A DNA stretch of 64,000 nt from Azolla caroliniana (Eukaryota; Plantae; Polypodiophyta), in NCBI GenBank assembly GCA_043228905.1, contig JBHGNT010000001.1, forward strand, positions 27,094,001 to 27,158,000, in the 5' to 3' direction. The first letter of the stretch is position 1. Every line of letters begins with the position of its first letter. The notes under the pieces were generated by a model. It had not been told where the DNA came from and searched no databases. It saw nothing but the letters and a program-made list of their open reading frames with translations. A program made the position numbers and the translations under genes. Of the stretch, positions 20,891 through 33,300 are shown piece after piece.

Positions 20891-22312
20891 TTATGCCGAA
20901 TCCGGCCCTGATCGAACAATCCACGACCGGATTATGCTCCACCCATATCGGAGCGTCGCGTGGTTCGGTCCTCGGTCGGGTCGTTCCTTGGTCTCTTCGT
21001 CGTCCTTTTTGCTGGCCATTTCCCATCCATCTTCACTGGCATCGTGCCAGGACTCCTCGGTCTTACATGGGCATAAGGGCCCGAATGCCGAGTTCTCCGG
21101 AATTGGGTCTGAGGGCTTTTGTCCGCTCCTTCCCCGTATCGTCTCGCCGGTGATTCTCGGTCTCTCGCCGCCGCCTCCCTCCTCTTGGGACTCACGTGGG
21201 CACTCGGGCCCGACTGCCATCGTCTCGGGAGCAAGTGTGGGAAGACACAAAGAATCGCCCGTCCGTTTTACGCCCTTGTCCATAGCCACCGGCTCTTCAT
21301 GGTCGGCGGTCGTCTCCTTACCGATCGCGCAAGCCCCGTCTGGGCTTGCTTCTCCAATGACCGGGGTTTCGGACTGACACGCCCGACACCGCTGGTTCCA
21401 ACGTTCTATCTCGGCCTCGTCCTTGGCCGTTCTATCTCCGCAAGTCGAGAGGGCGTTTTGTTCCACACCCTCTCCCGTGGTACCGTCGTACCGATCTTCC
21501 GTCATCGCGTGGGGCAAGTTCGTCTCCTCAGTCTCGGCTTGCGGCCTCGATCTTTCCTCTTCCTCGAGCATTGCCTCGAGAGCTGCGTACGCCTCCGCAA
21601 TCCTGGCCCCAACGCCGACCCTTGCCGACTCTCTTTGCCGTTCGGCCTCTTCCCTCTGTGATGCCATGCCGTTGTGCGCCTTCCTCTTAGCCTTCTCGGC
21701 TCGCTCATCATCTAGCCGTTGGCACACGCTTCCGACCTTCGACTAGTCCTTCGTAAGCCCATTCGCTCCATCGTCGTCTTCGAGCTCAATCCCGATGGCC
21801 TCCCGTTCCGCTCGGTCGATCGACCTGACGAACAATAGGACCCTGTCCGCCCCCACCAAACCTTGTTCCCGCTCTGGGAGCCGAGCAAGCCGTCGCTCGA
21901 ACTCTCGGAACGCCTTCGTTGCGCCCCGGTGGGTCTTTGCCAATGCTACCCACTGGTCGAAGTCGTGGCATCCCCGGCTCTTCCGCCGTCCTCCATATGC
22001 CTGTAGGAGCGCCTCTTCAAAGGACTCCCACGAACTATGAGCTTGTCGGAGCTCCTTCACTTCTGTGTGCGTACGGACGGCGATAGCCCGACAGAAAAAC
22101 TCGAGCCTCAACGCTTCGTCCACGTCTCGCTCCTCCATTTCCGCGTTGTAGGCTTCCAAGTAAGATGGGACTTCGTCCCCATTGAAACGGCCGACTCTTT
22201 CGACCACTCGCTCAACGGCTTGTTGCGCTGCTTCTCGCCTCATCACCACTCGTGCCGACTCCAACACCACTTCAGCCACCATCACCGCGAGGTCATCGTC
22301 TTCCGACTCCAT
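20891..22312 (-). pseudogene. Element G Gag-like frame with acidic tail (one internal stop at 21743)
   Basis: ORFs 21743-22312 and 20891-21727 share a frame; near-identical to the element B N-terminal ORF. Confidence 0.8.
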
Positions 22313-22349
22313 CCTCCCTTGCCGCCTTTCATGTCGGGTTCACCAAAGA

Positions 22350-22830
22350 TGTCGCGTTGTTACGCACGTGCGTGTAGAAAGGTGGGACCATGGGGGTCTT
22401 GGACTTGGGAGTGACGGAGCGTAGGAAGCCGCGCTTCACCCTTTCCGGGGCACCCCAGGAGCACACCGGAAGCAACCGAAGGGAGAGAGAGAGAGTGAGC
22501 AGGCATGCAACATTGACTCTCGCACGAACATGTACATAAGCAAGAAAGAAACACTAAGACACACACACACGCACACCAACAGAGACCCGAATATGCACAA
22601 CCACATGTATATGTATTTACAATTTACAAGACAACGAGACTCAACACCGACTTCAAGCCGGACCTAGGCCGCATGAGATACAACCGTTGTCTACTGCCAA
22701 GCCGCCGGTCAGGGAGCTCTCAGGCTTGTCGCGCCGAGCGGGGTCTTGCACAGAGTACAGGGCAGAAAACTGGAACGCTAGATGCCAAGGCTCGACGCAC
22801 AGAAGGACGAAGAAGAAGAAGAAACCCTTA

Positions 22831-22880
<50 letters not shown>

Positions 22881-23132
22881 TCACTTCGTCTAACGGTATA
22901 CCCTACTAATACAAAATGGGCAACCCCTCCACAAGGGACCATCCCTTCCTTTTATAGAGCAAGGAGAGGGATGCTTTACAATGTGGGATAAATCCTGATG
23001 TACATGGGATTCTTCGTCTCGACTTAACTCCTATTATTCACACAAATATACAAGGGTGAGTGCATATGGTGCACTCCGCCGATGTAGCTGATATTCCCCG
23101 ATTTCAGCCTCTGGCCGAAATTCTTCACGACA
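22350..23132 (-). repeat. Element G 5' LTR (783 bp)
   Basis: TGTCGCG...TTCACGACA; long (GA)n at 22835-22876; adjacent PBS. Confidence 0.92.
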
Positions 23133-23136
23133 ACAG

Positions 23137-23532
23137 TATGTTAGCACAACAGTGGATTATGGCATCTTGTATAAGTCGAATACGACCATTCGACTTGAAG
23201 GGTACACAAATGTGGACTGGGCATGATACAAAGTGGATAGACGATCCACATCCGAATTCGTCTTCTCCCTCAGTAGCGGAGCGATCTCCTGGAGCAGCAA
23301 GAAACACCCGACAGTCGCACTCTCGAGCACGGAAGCCAAATACAGGGGCGCAACAGTCGCCGCATGTGAAGCTGTATGGCTTAAGCGTATACTAAAAGAT
23401 CTGGGCGTACCCATCAAAGATCCAATATGCATGTACTGAGACAACATGAGCAGTATCTACCTCGCGCGTAACCCCGTATTTCACGCGTGGACTAAACACA
23501 TCGAAGTGCACTACCACTTCGTCCGCGAGCGT
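23137..23532 (+). pseudogene. Copia element C pol fragment 3 (RNase H)
   Basis: DRRSTS...GAISWSSKK.PTVALSSTEA.Y; [27 protein letters not shown]. Confidence 0.95.
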
Positions 23533-24207
23533 TGTCCCGTTGTTACGCGCGTGCGTGGAGAACGAGGTGGGACCACAGGCGCCTTGGACCGAGAAATAAC
23601 CGAATGAGAAGAGGGGAAGGAAACTACCGATGTACTTCACACGCGCACAGACACACAGACTCACAAGAGTTGCAACTAACTCTGAACAATGAAGACAGAA
23701 CGAATGTATATGTATATACGAATCAAGGAGTTACAACCGGCAAGCCGGCGAGTGATAGGCTCCGACACCTGCACACACACACACACACACACAGAACGCG
23801 AGATGGAGATTCTACCGGAAGCACTCGGGCGTTCCGCGGAGCAGAGTCAGCCTCCCGAAAACCTGCACAAAACGACTATGGAGAAGACAGAGGAGAAGAG
23901 CTTGGTCCCAGTCTGGCAACACTTACCTCCCCACAAAACGCGATACCCTTCCCCACAATACCTCTCCCTCTCTTTTATAGCCCAAGGAGGGAGGCCGTTA
24001 CCACCCGTTAGATCATGTTTATTCCCTGTCCTTTCAGACAAGAATACGCCTCGATTTTCTCCCTAATCAATGCGTGCTACCTAGGATTTCACCTAAGCCG
24101 ACTTGTACCTATCTATGTACTATACAACAAAACTTGTGCCCACGTGTAAGGGTCGGTTTACGCACGTTATACTCGGTTTCCGCCTAGGGACGGTTTTCTC
24201 CACGACA
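23533..24207 (-). repeat. Element E 3' LTR (675 bp)
   Basis: Matches 29643-30301 plus 37295-37308. Confidence 0.93.
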
Positions 24208-24280
24208 TCCGCCCCCACCTACTGCGCATCCATTGGTATGCGCCAAAATTAGACTCTTGTCGGAGAAGACCGGCCCACGC

Positions 24281-27200
24281 TTATCCTTCGTCTTCCGGAT
24301 CAACATCCGTTCCGAGCCAGTCGTTGTCGCTATCTAGGTCGTCCGGGTCCGGTTCAGCCTCGTGCCGCTTTTTGAATGGTTTGATCCTTTTCCCCGCCAC
24401 CGGCACCGCCATCCTTGTTCCGTCGAGCTCAGCGAGATGGTAGGTCCCATTGTCGTTGGCACTTGTCACCGCATAAGGCCCAAACCACCTTCTTGCAAAC
24501 ATCCCCATTGCCCTGTGCTGGTTGTCGAGGTTGCTATCATACACTAGAACCCAGTCGCCTTCCTCGATCTTCTTTGGTCTCAGTCAGTGAGTTCGGTCGA
24601 ACCGTCCTTTGTTCTTTACCCTTGCCACCGGTAGCTTCTCCGCGGCTCGGTCCACATCCTCCGGTCTTCGCTCCAGCTGTCGAATCCGTCGTCTTTCCAG
24701 TCCACCGTGGCCCATGAGGAGATTGTCTGCTCCGTTGGCATGATCGGCTTCTGCCCATACATTAGCTCTGTCGGCATGAACCCGGTTACCAAACTGTGCG
24801 TAGTTTGGTAAGAGCCGCGGCCAGTTCCCGACTTTGCCTCCACACGCCCGTACTAACGCTTTGATGATCGGCCAGTGTCCGCGTTCCACCTTCCCGTTAG
24901 CCTCCGGATTGTACGCTATGGTGAGCGAGAGTTTAATCCCTAGCCGGTCAAATAGCTCTTCCGCCTCTTGCGCGTCCAATTCCCCGCGGTCGGCCACGAT
25001 CTTACCTACGCACCCGTACCGTCATACCACTTCTTCGATCAGAAATCGGCACACGACCGCGATCTTTTTGTTCTGCAACGCTCGGCCTTCCACCTGGTTC
25101 GTCAGGTCCTCCCGAGCCAGCACCAAATACCGCATCTGCCCTACCCCCATCGGCATCGTCACCAGATCCACCATCCACTTGAAGTGGACGGTCGGAGGGT
25201 AGGTCGGGTGAAGCTCGTCCCGATGTCGGACTATGGAGTGCACCTGGCAGTTTTCACAAGTTGTCACGAACCGATGCACATCCCGGTATAGTCTCGGCCA
25301 CCAATACTTCCCCTTTAGCTTCTTGAATGTGGCCCACGTCCCGCGGTGTCCGGCCCAGGAACTCTCGTGGTATGCCGTCAACAATTCTTCCTGTTCCTCT
25401 TTCTTTGCCACCACTTGGAGCGGGATGTTGTTTCTCTTCTTCGGGTGCTTCCATAAGTTACCGTCCCATAGGAAGAATCGGTACGCTTTCTTCCGAATCT
25501 AGTTGGTGTCTTCCTTGGTCCATGCCGCGTCCGGTGTCATTGTCTTTAGGAACCCGCCGATCTAGAGCCACTCCCCGTTGTACTTGCTCTCGTCGAATTC
25601 GTTAAGCTCCGGAGTGCTCCCCTTTCTTGTTGTTACGTTAGCTGACCCGAAGAAGTCCTCGTCGCCTTCTTTGTTATCTGAAACCATGTCGTCCTCGTCG
25701 TTGAACCGCGCCCTTGAAAGCATATCGGCCATGGCGTTATCCTTTCCGGAGATGTGCCGTATCTCCGGGTTCAAGGACTTGATGTATGCAATCTACCTGA
25801 GCATCGCCAAGTCCGGAGTCGTGCATCCGGAAACCATACCCAGAATCGGTAGGTCGTCCGTCTCGATGATCACCTCCGTCCCGATTAGATAGTCCTTGTT
25901 GGCCTTGACTGCCGAAACGATACCCCATAGCTCGCGCTTGATTTGGGCGTATCTTCGCTGCCGCTCGCTCAATACCTTTGCCCTAAACCAGATCGAGAAC
26001 CGTATGCTGTCTTCGTCCTCCTGATTTATCACCCACCCGATCCCAGTTGGGCTCGTGTCCACCGTCACGTAAATGGGGACTTCCTTGCCGTAAACCGCTC
26101 TCCGGAGAGCCGGTGCCGCGGCGAGCGCCTCCTTCAATCTCCGGACCGACTCCATGTGCCCTGTCCTCCATTCGAACCGGCGCCCTTGCTTTAATAACCC
26201 GTAAAGCAATTCCGCGACATGCGCGTAGTGTGGAATCCAGATGTGATAGAACGCACATGCCCCCAGGATCCTTCAGACCTTCGTGACCGACCCACAATCA
26301 TCCTTCAAAGCAGAGATGGCTTCTACCTTCGTGACCGTAAGGCCCGCACAGGTGTCCGACTACTAGGATCTCCGGCTGTCTGAAGGCTGATTTTTCTCCG
26401 GAGAAGGTGAGTCGCGCGCTCTCGAGTCTTTGTAGCACCTTCTCGCAGTCGCGAATGTGATCCGTCACGAACCTCCGGCAACCGTTGGGTCCGACTGAGT
26501 CGTCCTTGTCCTCCACCGGACATCCTTTGATAGGGATGTCATCTAGAAACGGCATGGTGATATCCGGGATGCAGTCCCTCAACACCTTGTTCATTGCATT
26601 CACCATGTGCACCACCGAGTTCGTTCCCCATTGCGGTAGGGTACACATCCGAGCTAGGATGAGAGGAGTCCGCATCGTCGTGACATCCCTGCTCTCTATG
26701 GCTAGTTGGAACTAATCGTACCCTGAGTACAGATCCCCGACCGAGTAGATCGACGTCCTTGTGAAGGCCTCCGCGAACTCATCAATGGTCGGTCTGATAC
26801 CTACATTTTGAATGGTCACCTTGTTGACCGGCTGCAGGTCCTGTATGAAGCGCAGTGTGCCATTCTTCTTTGGCATTGTAAACCACCGATTCGAATATGG
26901 GGAATTCGATGGTTCGAGGATGCCCATTTCCACCTTCTGTTTCAGCAGCTCCATCAACTTCGAGATGTGAGCTCTGGGTACCGGAATCGGTTTGAGATTC
27001 CACGGCACATGCAGTACCGTGAAGATCACCATTGGTTCCACAACCGTCGGGTCTACGCACCCGATCTCCTCCAGTGAGAATGTGAAAGCCTTCCTGTGCC
27101 TCCCGAGCATTCTCCGAAATCGTTCCTCTTCCGCCGACAGTAGAAAGCCACCCCCACCAACCTTGAGCTCCCGTAGCGTTATGTCGGTGAACGTGTGTCC

Positions 27201-29610
27201 TATGCTGGCCGGATCTCGTAAACTTGGGTCTGATGCGACCCCCTTTATCCGTAACTCCCTGCCCTCCAACAAGGGTGCCGCGACTGGCCTCACCTTCCGG
27301 TCCACAATCTTGTACTTCGTATCCACTCAGGCCGTCTGATCCAACCCGAGTCCATTACCGAAGTCGGCGATGACTTCGTACATCTTTTCCGAACTTACCG
27401 TAATCGTCTGGTCCTCATTAAGGCCTTCTCCGAACATCTCTCGTAGCTTCCCTAAGGTGTCGTCGAAAGAGACAGCCTCCATGGCTCCATTGATTTCCTC
27501 TTCAGGGCCGAGGACTCCGCATGCCTGAAGTCGCTCCTCCACCCGCTTCTTTTCCCAGCCAACTACGCCGGCTATCGTAGAACCTCCGCTATCGAAGAAC
27601 CAAAATTTCCTACCTATGGTACAGGTCTTTTTTCCTATAGTGCATCTGTAGGGGTTTTCCAGGGTGTCCGGACTATCGCGGCCCCACGCCTTGATAGCCC
27701 TCTCTAAAAATCCCCTCGGGTTTCGCGGTTACGCTCTTGGTTCAGTCGCATCGTCAGGAACTGTACCGAGTGACGCCTATCCTGGCTCTGGACTCGTGCA
27801 TATGCCGAACCATTGTCTAGCACCTTTGTCTCCATCCGTGCCGCCGTGATATACGGTTCCCCGAGTATAACCGGATGCGACGACATTTCCTGCACGAAGA
27901 AGTGTTGATCGATCTTGACATCGCCGATCTTCACTTGTACATTCGGGCAGGCTCCATGCAGCTCTTCCGTGGCGCACCTTGAAATCTCTATGCTTCACAC
28001 ATAGACACAAAGATAATAGCTTTTGCTCTACCTTATATATGATGAGAGCCATATTTGTCGTGCCTATGTGGGATATCTCACAGTTTTCTCTTTTCCTTTT
28101 ACAAACTTTATACCCTCATATCTTGACATCTAGTTGTCCGTTTCTCGTGTAATAAAGTGCATTCGACAACTCTTAAAGACCTCCATCATTTTGTACTTAG
28201 ATATTAAACTTATTTAAAATGTTATCTTCACTATTATTGTTTTATGTGATTCATACTCGATTTTGTACGTTTTATGTGATTTTCACACCATTGCCGAAAA
28301 TCTTCACGACACCGTTGTGAGGGTCCAGCCCCCTCGGTCTTTCCCGCGCGCTTGTCTTCCACCAGAACCTCGTAGTTCTGGCACGCGGCTTCCACGAAGC
28401 CCGTCTTCTCTTCGACCGGGTCACTCCACCTGGTTACCTCCCGAACTCGTCTTTCCGTGTGGTCCGCTTCCTCTTTCCTAAGTCGTACACCGGCGAGGCC
28501 TTCCAGCATCAACGGCCAGAATTCGGCTTCCTTCGTCTTCCGGACTTCATCACTTCCGACCCGGATTCCAACCGACACCGAGTAGTGGACGGTCTCCACG
28601 TGGTGAGCCACCGCTTCTTCCATCAGCCGTTTCATCCCCCCTCGTCTAACATTCAGATCCAGGGCCCTTCGGGTCTCGCTAGTGTGCACCCGACCGTTCC
28701 ATAGGTACACCACGTTAGCTCTTATTGCTTCGGCAAAGTCCCCGCAGTCCTTTCGGGCGTGGCCGACCGTGTCGCACCACAAGCACCGGTTCCTAGCCGG
28801 AGGCCTTCGGTCACGGACTTGTTCGCCGCCGTCCCTCCGTGCTTGCGCAATCTGGAGGTCCCTCACCATCTGAGTCAGCTCCTCTAGAGCCACTCCTCCA
28901 GACGAGGCTTTGACCATGTTGGTCGAAGTCGAGCCAGTCTCGGGTCTCTTCCCTTCGCGCCGGTGGGGAAACCTCGACCTTCCTTGTCGCAACAAAACCC
29001 GCCCCCATCAAGCCTTTATCGACCCACTCACGCCGTTTGTCAAAACGGCCGCAGACTCTCTTTACCATGGCCCAGTCGGTTGTTAGGCCGTCATCGGCCT
29101 CCAGCAAGAAGCCCACGTGCTCCCGGTCCCTTACATCCACCGATTTAACGAACAATAGGACACGACTTGTGTCCAGTACGGTCCGGTCCAACGCCGAAAG
29201 ACGTGCGAAGCGTTCTTCAAACTCCCAAAGGAGCACCAACGCGTTTCTCCCCTTTTCGGGGGTCTCCACCCATTCCATGAAGTCCCATATTTTTCAAGGA
29301 GCCGACCTTCAAACCCTTCCCAGGTCTGACTCTCAGCTCGTACCTCAAGCACCTCCGCGTGGATGCCCAGCATCGCCACCTGAGGGAATCTGGCCAGTCG
29401 CATGTCCTATGGGATGTCCCTCATCACCATTTTGGCTCGGTAAGCCTCCAAATAGCTCGTGGCGTCCTTCCCACCGAACCGGCCTATCGTGCCGACGACT
29501 GCTTCAATAGCCCTGTCGAGGGCGCATGTGCCTTCACGCGCACTCACTATCCGATCCACAGCCGAAGCCATGGCTTTTCCACGATCCGACCCTCTCATCT
29601 TTCTATTCAT
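24281..29610 (-). pseudogene. Element E gag-PR / pol, fragmented
   Basis: Peptides collinear with D and F (CLWCDTVGHARKDC, FLDD, KVERGH, GPY); several stops, frameshifts and deletions. Confidence 0.92.
27976..28311 (-). repeat. AT-rich truncated LTR of another member of the same Gypsy group, inside E gag
   Basis: Ends ...CCGAAAATCTTCACGACA like the A/G LTR termini; flanked by CCGT; E sequence between PSQR and ATEEL is missing. Confidence 0.75.
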
Positions 29611-29642
29611 CTACCGCCTGTTCACGTCGGGTTCACCAAATA

Positions 29643-30301
29643 TGTCGCATTGTTACGCACGTGCGTGGAGAACGAGGCGGCACCATGGGGGCCTTGGACC
29701 GAGAAATAACCAAATGAGAAGAGGGGAAGGAAACTACCGATGTACTTCACACGCGCACAGACACACAGACTCACAGGAGTTGCAACTAACTCTGAACAAT
29801 GGAAACAGAACGAATGTATATGTATATACGAATCAAGGAGTTACAACCGGCAAGCCGGCGAGTGATAGGCTCTGACGCCTGCACACACACACACACACAC
29901 AGAACGCGATATGGAGATTCTACCGGAAGCACTCGAGCGTTCCGCGGAGCAGAGTCAACCACCCGAAAACCTGCACAGAACGACTATGGAGAAGACAGAG
30001 GAGAAGAGCTCGGTCCCAGTCTGGCAGCACTTACCTCCCCACAAAACGCGATACCCCTCCCCACAATACCCCTCCCTCTCTTTTATAGCCCAAGGAGGGA
30101 GGCCGTTACCACCCGTTACATCATGTTTATTCCATGTCCTTTCGGACAAGGATACGCCTCGATTTTCTCCCTAATCAATGCGTGCTACCTAGGATTTCAC
30201 CTAAGCCGACTTGTACCTATCTATGTACTATACAACAAAACTTGTGCCCATGTGTAAGGGCCGGTTTACGCACGTTATACCCGGTTTCCACCTATGGACG
30301 G
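29643..30301 (-). repeat. Element E 5' LTR (main part; last 14 bp displaced to 37295-37308)
   Basis: Direct repeat of 23533-24193; interrupted by F at ACGG. Confidence 0.93.
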
Positions 30302-33300
30302 TGTGGAGGTATTCCTCGCGGATGCGTGGAATGAGGCGGGACCTCGGGGGTCCTGTACCGAAGAGCAAGAGAGAGAGGAGAAGAAACCCACTACGTGCGA
30401 GCGTAGATTCACAGGGACACGGCCCTTCAACACAAAGACGCGAGTGGGACAACGACACAGAGAGGCACGAATGTATGTATGTATTAACAAAGACAAAACA
30501 ACAAGAATACGAATCGGTTACAACCGAACAGGCCGGCGAACAGATGCCGATGCCTGTTCGTAAATGCACAGAAAGAAAGGAGTAGGTTGGAGGTGCTGCC
30601 GGAAGCACTCGGGCATTCCTCAGAGCAGCGCGAGCCTCTTGAAACCTGCACAGAAAGGAGCTATGGAGTTTGGAAGAGAGAGAAGCCTTCGGCCCACAAT
30701 CCGACAGCACTTCGTCCTCTCTTACTTCCCGATCCCTTCCTCCTCCTCGTCTCCCTCCTTTTATAGGCAAGAAGGGAGTTGTTTCCTATTAACTTCCTAC
30801 CTACCGAATCTACCTACCTAGGATCTCCCATGTCCCTAATCCTCTCCTATGTTCGACACAAGGCATACGTGCGTGAAGAGCCGGTTCCTATGCTCCGGCG
30901 CACCGATTCCTCTTGTGGACGGTTTTCTTCACGACATCCGCCCCCACCTAACCGCGCATCCACCGGCATGCGCCAAATTGAGTTGGGACGGAGAAAACCG
31001 GTCCAGCCTTCATTCCCCGCCCGTCAGTCCTTCCTCGGTTTCGGATCGTTCATCGTCCCGGTCCAGGCTATCCGGATCCGGCTCGTCGTCGTGACGCTTC
31101 TTGAATGCTTTGATCCGCTTCCCGGCTACCGGTATCGCCACTCTCGTGCCGTCGAGTTCTGCCAGATGGTACGTCCCGTTGTCGTTGGCGCTTTGTACCA
31201 CGTAAGGCCCGAACCACCTTCTTGCGAACTTCCGTGTCGCTCGGTGCTGGTTGTCGAGGCTGCTGTCGTAGACTAGCACCCAGTCGCCTTCCTCGATCTT
31301 CTTCGGTCGAAGCCGGTGCGTTCGGTCGAACCGGGCTTTGTTCCTCATCCTTGCTTCCCGAAGCTTTTCCGCAGCCTGCTTCACATCCTCCGGTCTTCGC
31401 TCGAGCTGTCGTATACGCGCCGCCAGCAGTTCCTCCCGGCTCATCTCGTCTCTCCAGTCCACGGTTGCCCACGAGGAGATCGTACGTTCCATCGTCATGA
31501 CCGGCTTTTGCCCAAACATGAGTTCTGCCGGCATGAATCCGGTTACCGAACTGTGCGTAGTTCGGTCCGCCCACAACGCGTAAGGCAGCAGCCGTGGCCA
31601 GTTCCCGACTTGACCTCCGCATGCCCGAACTAACACCTTGACGATCGGTCCGTGTTCGCGCTCCACCTTTCCATTCGCCTCCGGATTGTACGCAGTGGTA
31701 AGCGAGAGCTTGACTCCTAGCCGGTCGAACAACTCCTCGGCCTCTTCGGCGTCCAACTCCCCGCGATCAGCCATGATCTTCCCGACGCACCCGTACCGGC
31801 ATATCACGTCCTCAATCAGGAACCGACATACGGCCGCGGTCGTTTTGTTCTGAAGGGCCCGGCCTTCTACCTGGTTCGTCAGATCTTCCCGAGCGAGGAC
31901 CAGATACCACATCTGTCCTACTCCCATCGGCATCGTCACCAGGTCTACCATCCATTTGAAGTGGATGGTCGAAGGGTACGTAGGGTGAAGCTCGTCCCGA
32001 TGTCGGACTACGGAGTGCATCTGACAGCTCTCGCAAGTCGTCACGAACCGATGCACGTCCCGGTACAGTCCCAGCCACCAGTACTTCCCCTTTATCTTCT
32101 CGAACGTGGCCCACGTTCCACGGTGTCCAGCCCAAGGGCTGTCGTGGTAGGCCGTCAGCAACTCCTCCTGTTCTTCCTTCATCGCCACCACCCGGAGCAG
32201 GACATCGTTCCTCTTCTTCGGGTGTTTCCATAAGTATCTGTCCCGGAGAAAGAATCGGTAAGCTTTCTTCCGGATCCGGTTGGCCTCGTCCTTCGTCCAT
32301 GACGCATCCGGCGTCATTGTCCTCAAAAATCCACCGATCTAGAGCCACTCACCGTCGTACCTGCTCTCGTCGAAGTCGTTAAGTGCCGAAGTGCTCGTCC
32401 CATCGGTCATCACGTACGCCGCCTCGAAGAAGTCCACGCCGACTTCTTCGTCCTCCGAAACCATGCCGCCCTTGTCATCAAACCTCGCCCTCGAAAGCAT
32501 GTCGGCCATGGCGTTGTCTTTTCCGGAAATGTGCCGTATTTCCGGGTCCAGGGACTTGATGTACGCTATCCACCGGAGCATCGCCAGGTCCGGTGTCGCG
32601 CATCCAGAAACCATGCCGAGAATCGGCAGGCAATCCGTCTCGATAACCACTTCTGTCCCGATCAGGTAGTCTTTGTCGGCCTTTACTGCCAAAACGATAC
32701 CCTAGAGTTCGCGTTTAACCTGGGCGTACCCTCGCTGTCGTTCACTGAGGACCTTCGCGCCAAATCGGATCGGGAACCGAATGCCATCCTTGTCCTCTTG
32801 GTTGACGACCCATCCGATCCCGGTCGGACTCGTATCCACTGTTATGTATACCAGGGTACCCTTCCCGTAGACAGCCTTCCGGAGCGCCGGTGCCGCCGCA
32901 AGAGCTTCCTTCAGCTTCCGGACCGACTCCGTGTGCTCGTCTCGCCACTTGAATTTTCGCCCTTTCTTCAGCAACCCGTATAGCGGCTCCGCAATGTGGG
33001 CATAATGCGGGATCCATATGTGGTAGAATGCGCATGCCCCCAGGAACCTCCAAACTTCCGTAACCGAGCTACATTCGGTCTTCATCGTGGAGATGGCTTC
33101 TACCTTTGCCGGAGACGGCTTCCGGCCATATGGTCCACATAGGTGCCCGACCACCAGGATTTTTGATTGCCCGAAGGCCGATTTCTCCCCGGAGAAGGTG
33201 AGCCTCGCATCCTCTAGCCTTTGTAGCACCTTCTCGCAGTCGCCGATGTGTGTTGCCACGAATCGCCGGCACCCGTCCGGCTCGACTGTCTCGTCCTTCT

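Larger units (their letters stand above)
17516..23132 (-). mobile_element. Element G: non-autonomous gag-only Gypsy-type LTR element related to B; 3' LTR truncated
   Basis: 5' LTR 22350-23132; partial 3' LTR 17516-17937; PBS-Trp 22328-22345; TSD ACGG/ACAG (17512-15 / 23133-36); removing it restores Copia KRILR-YVS. Confidence 0.92.
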
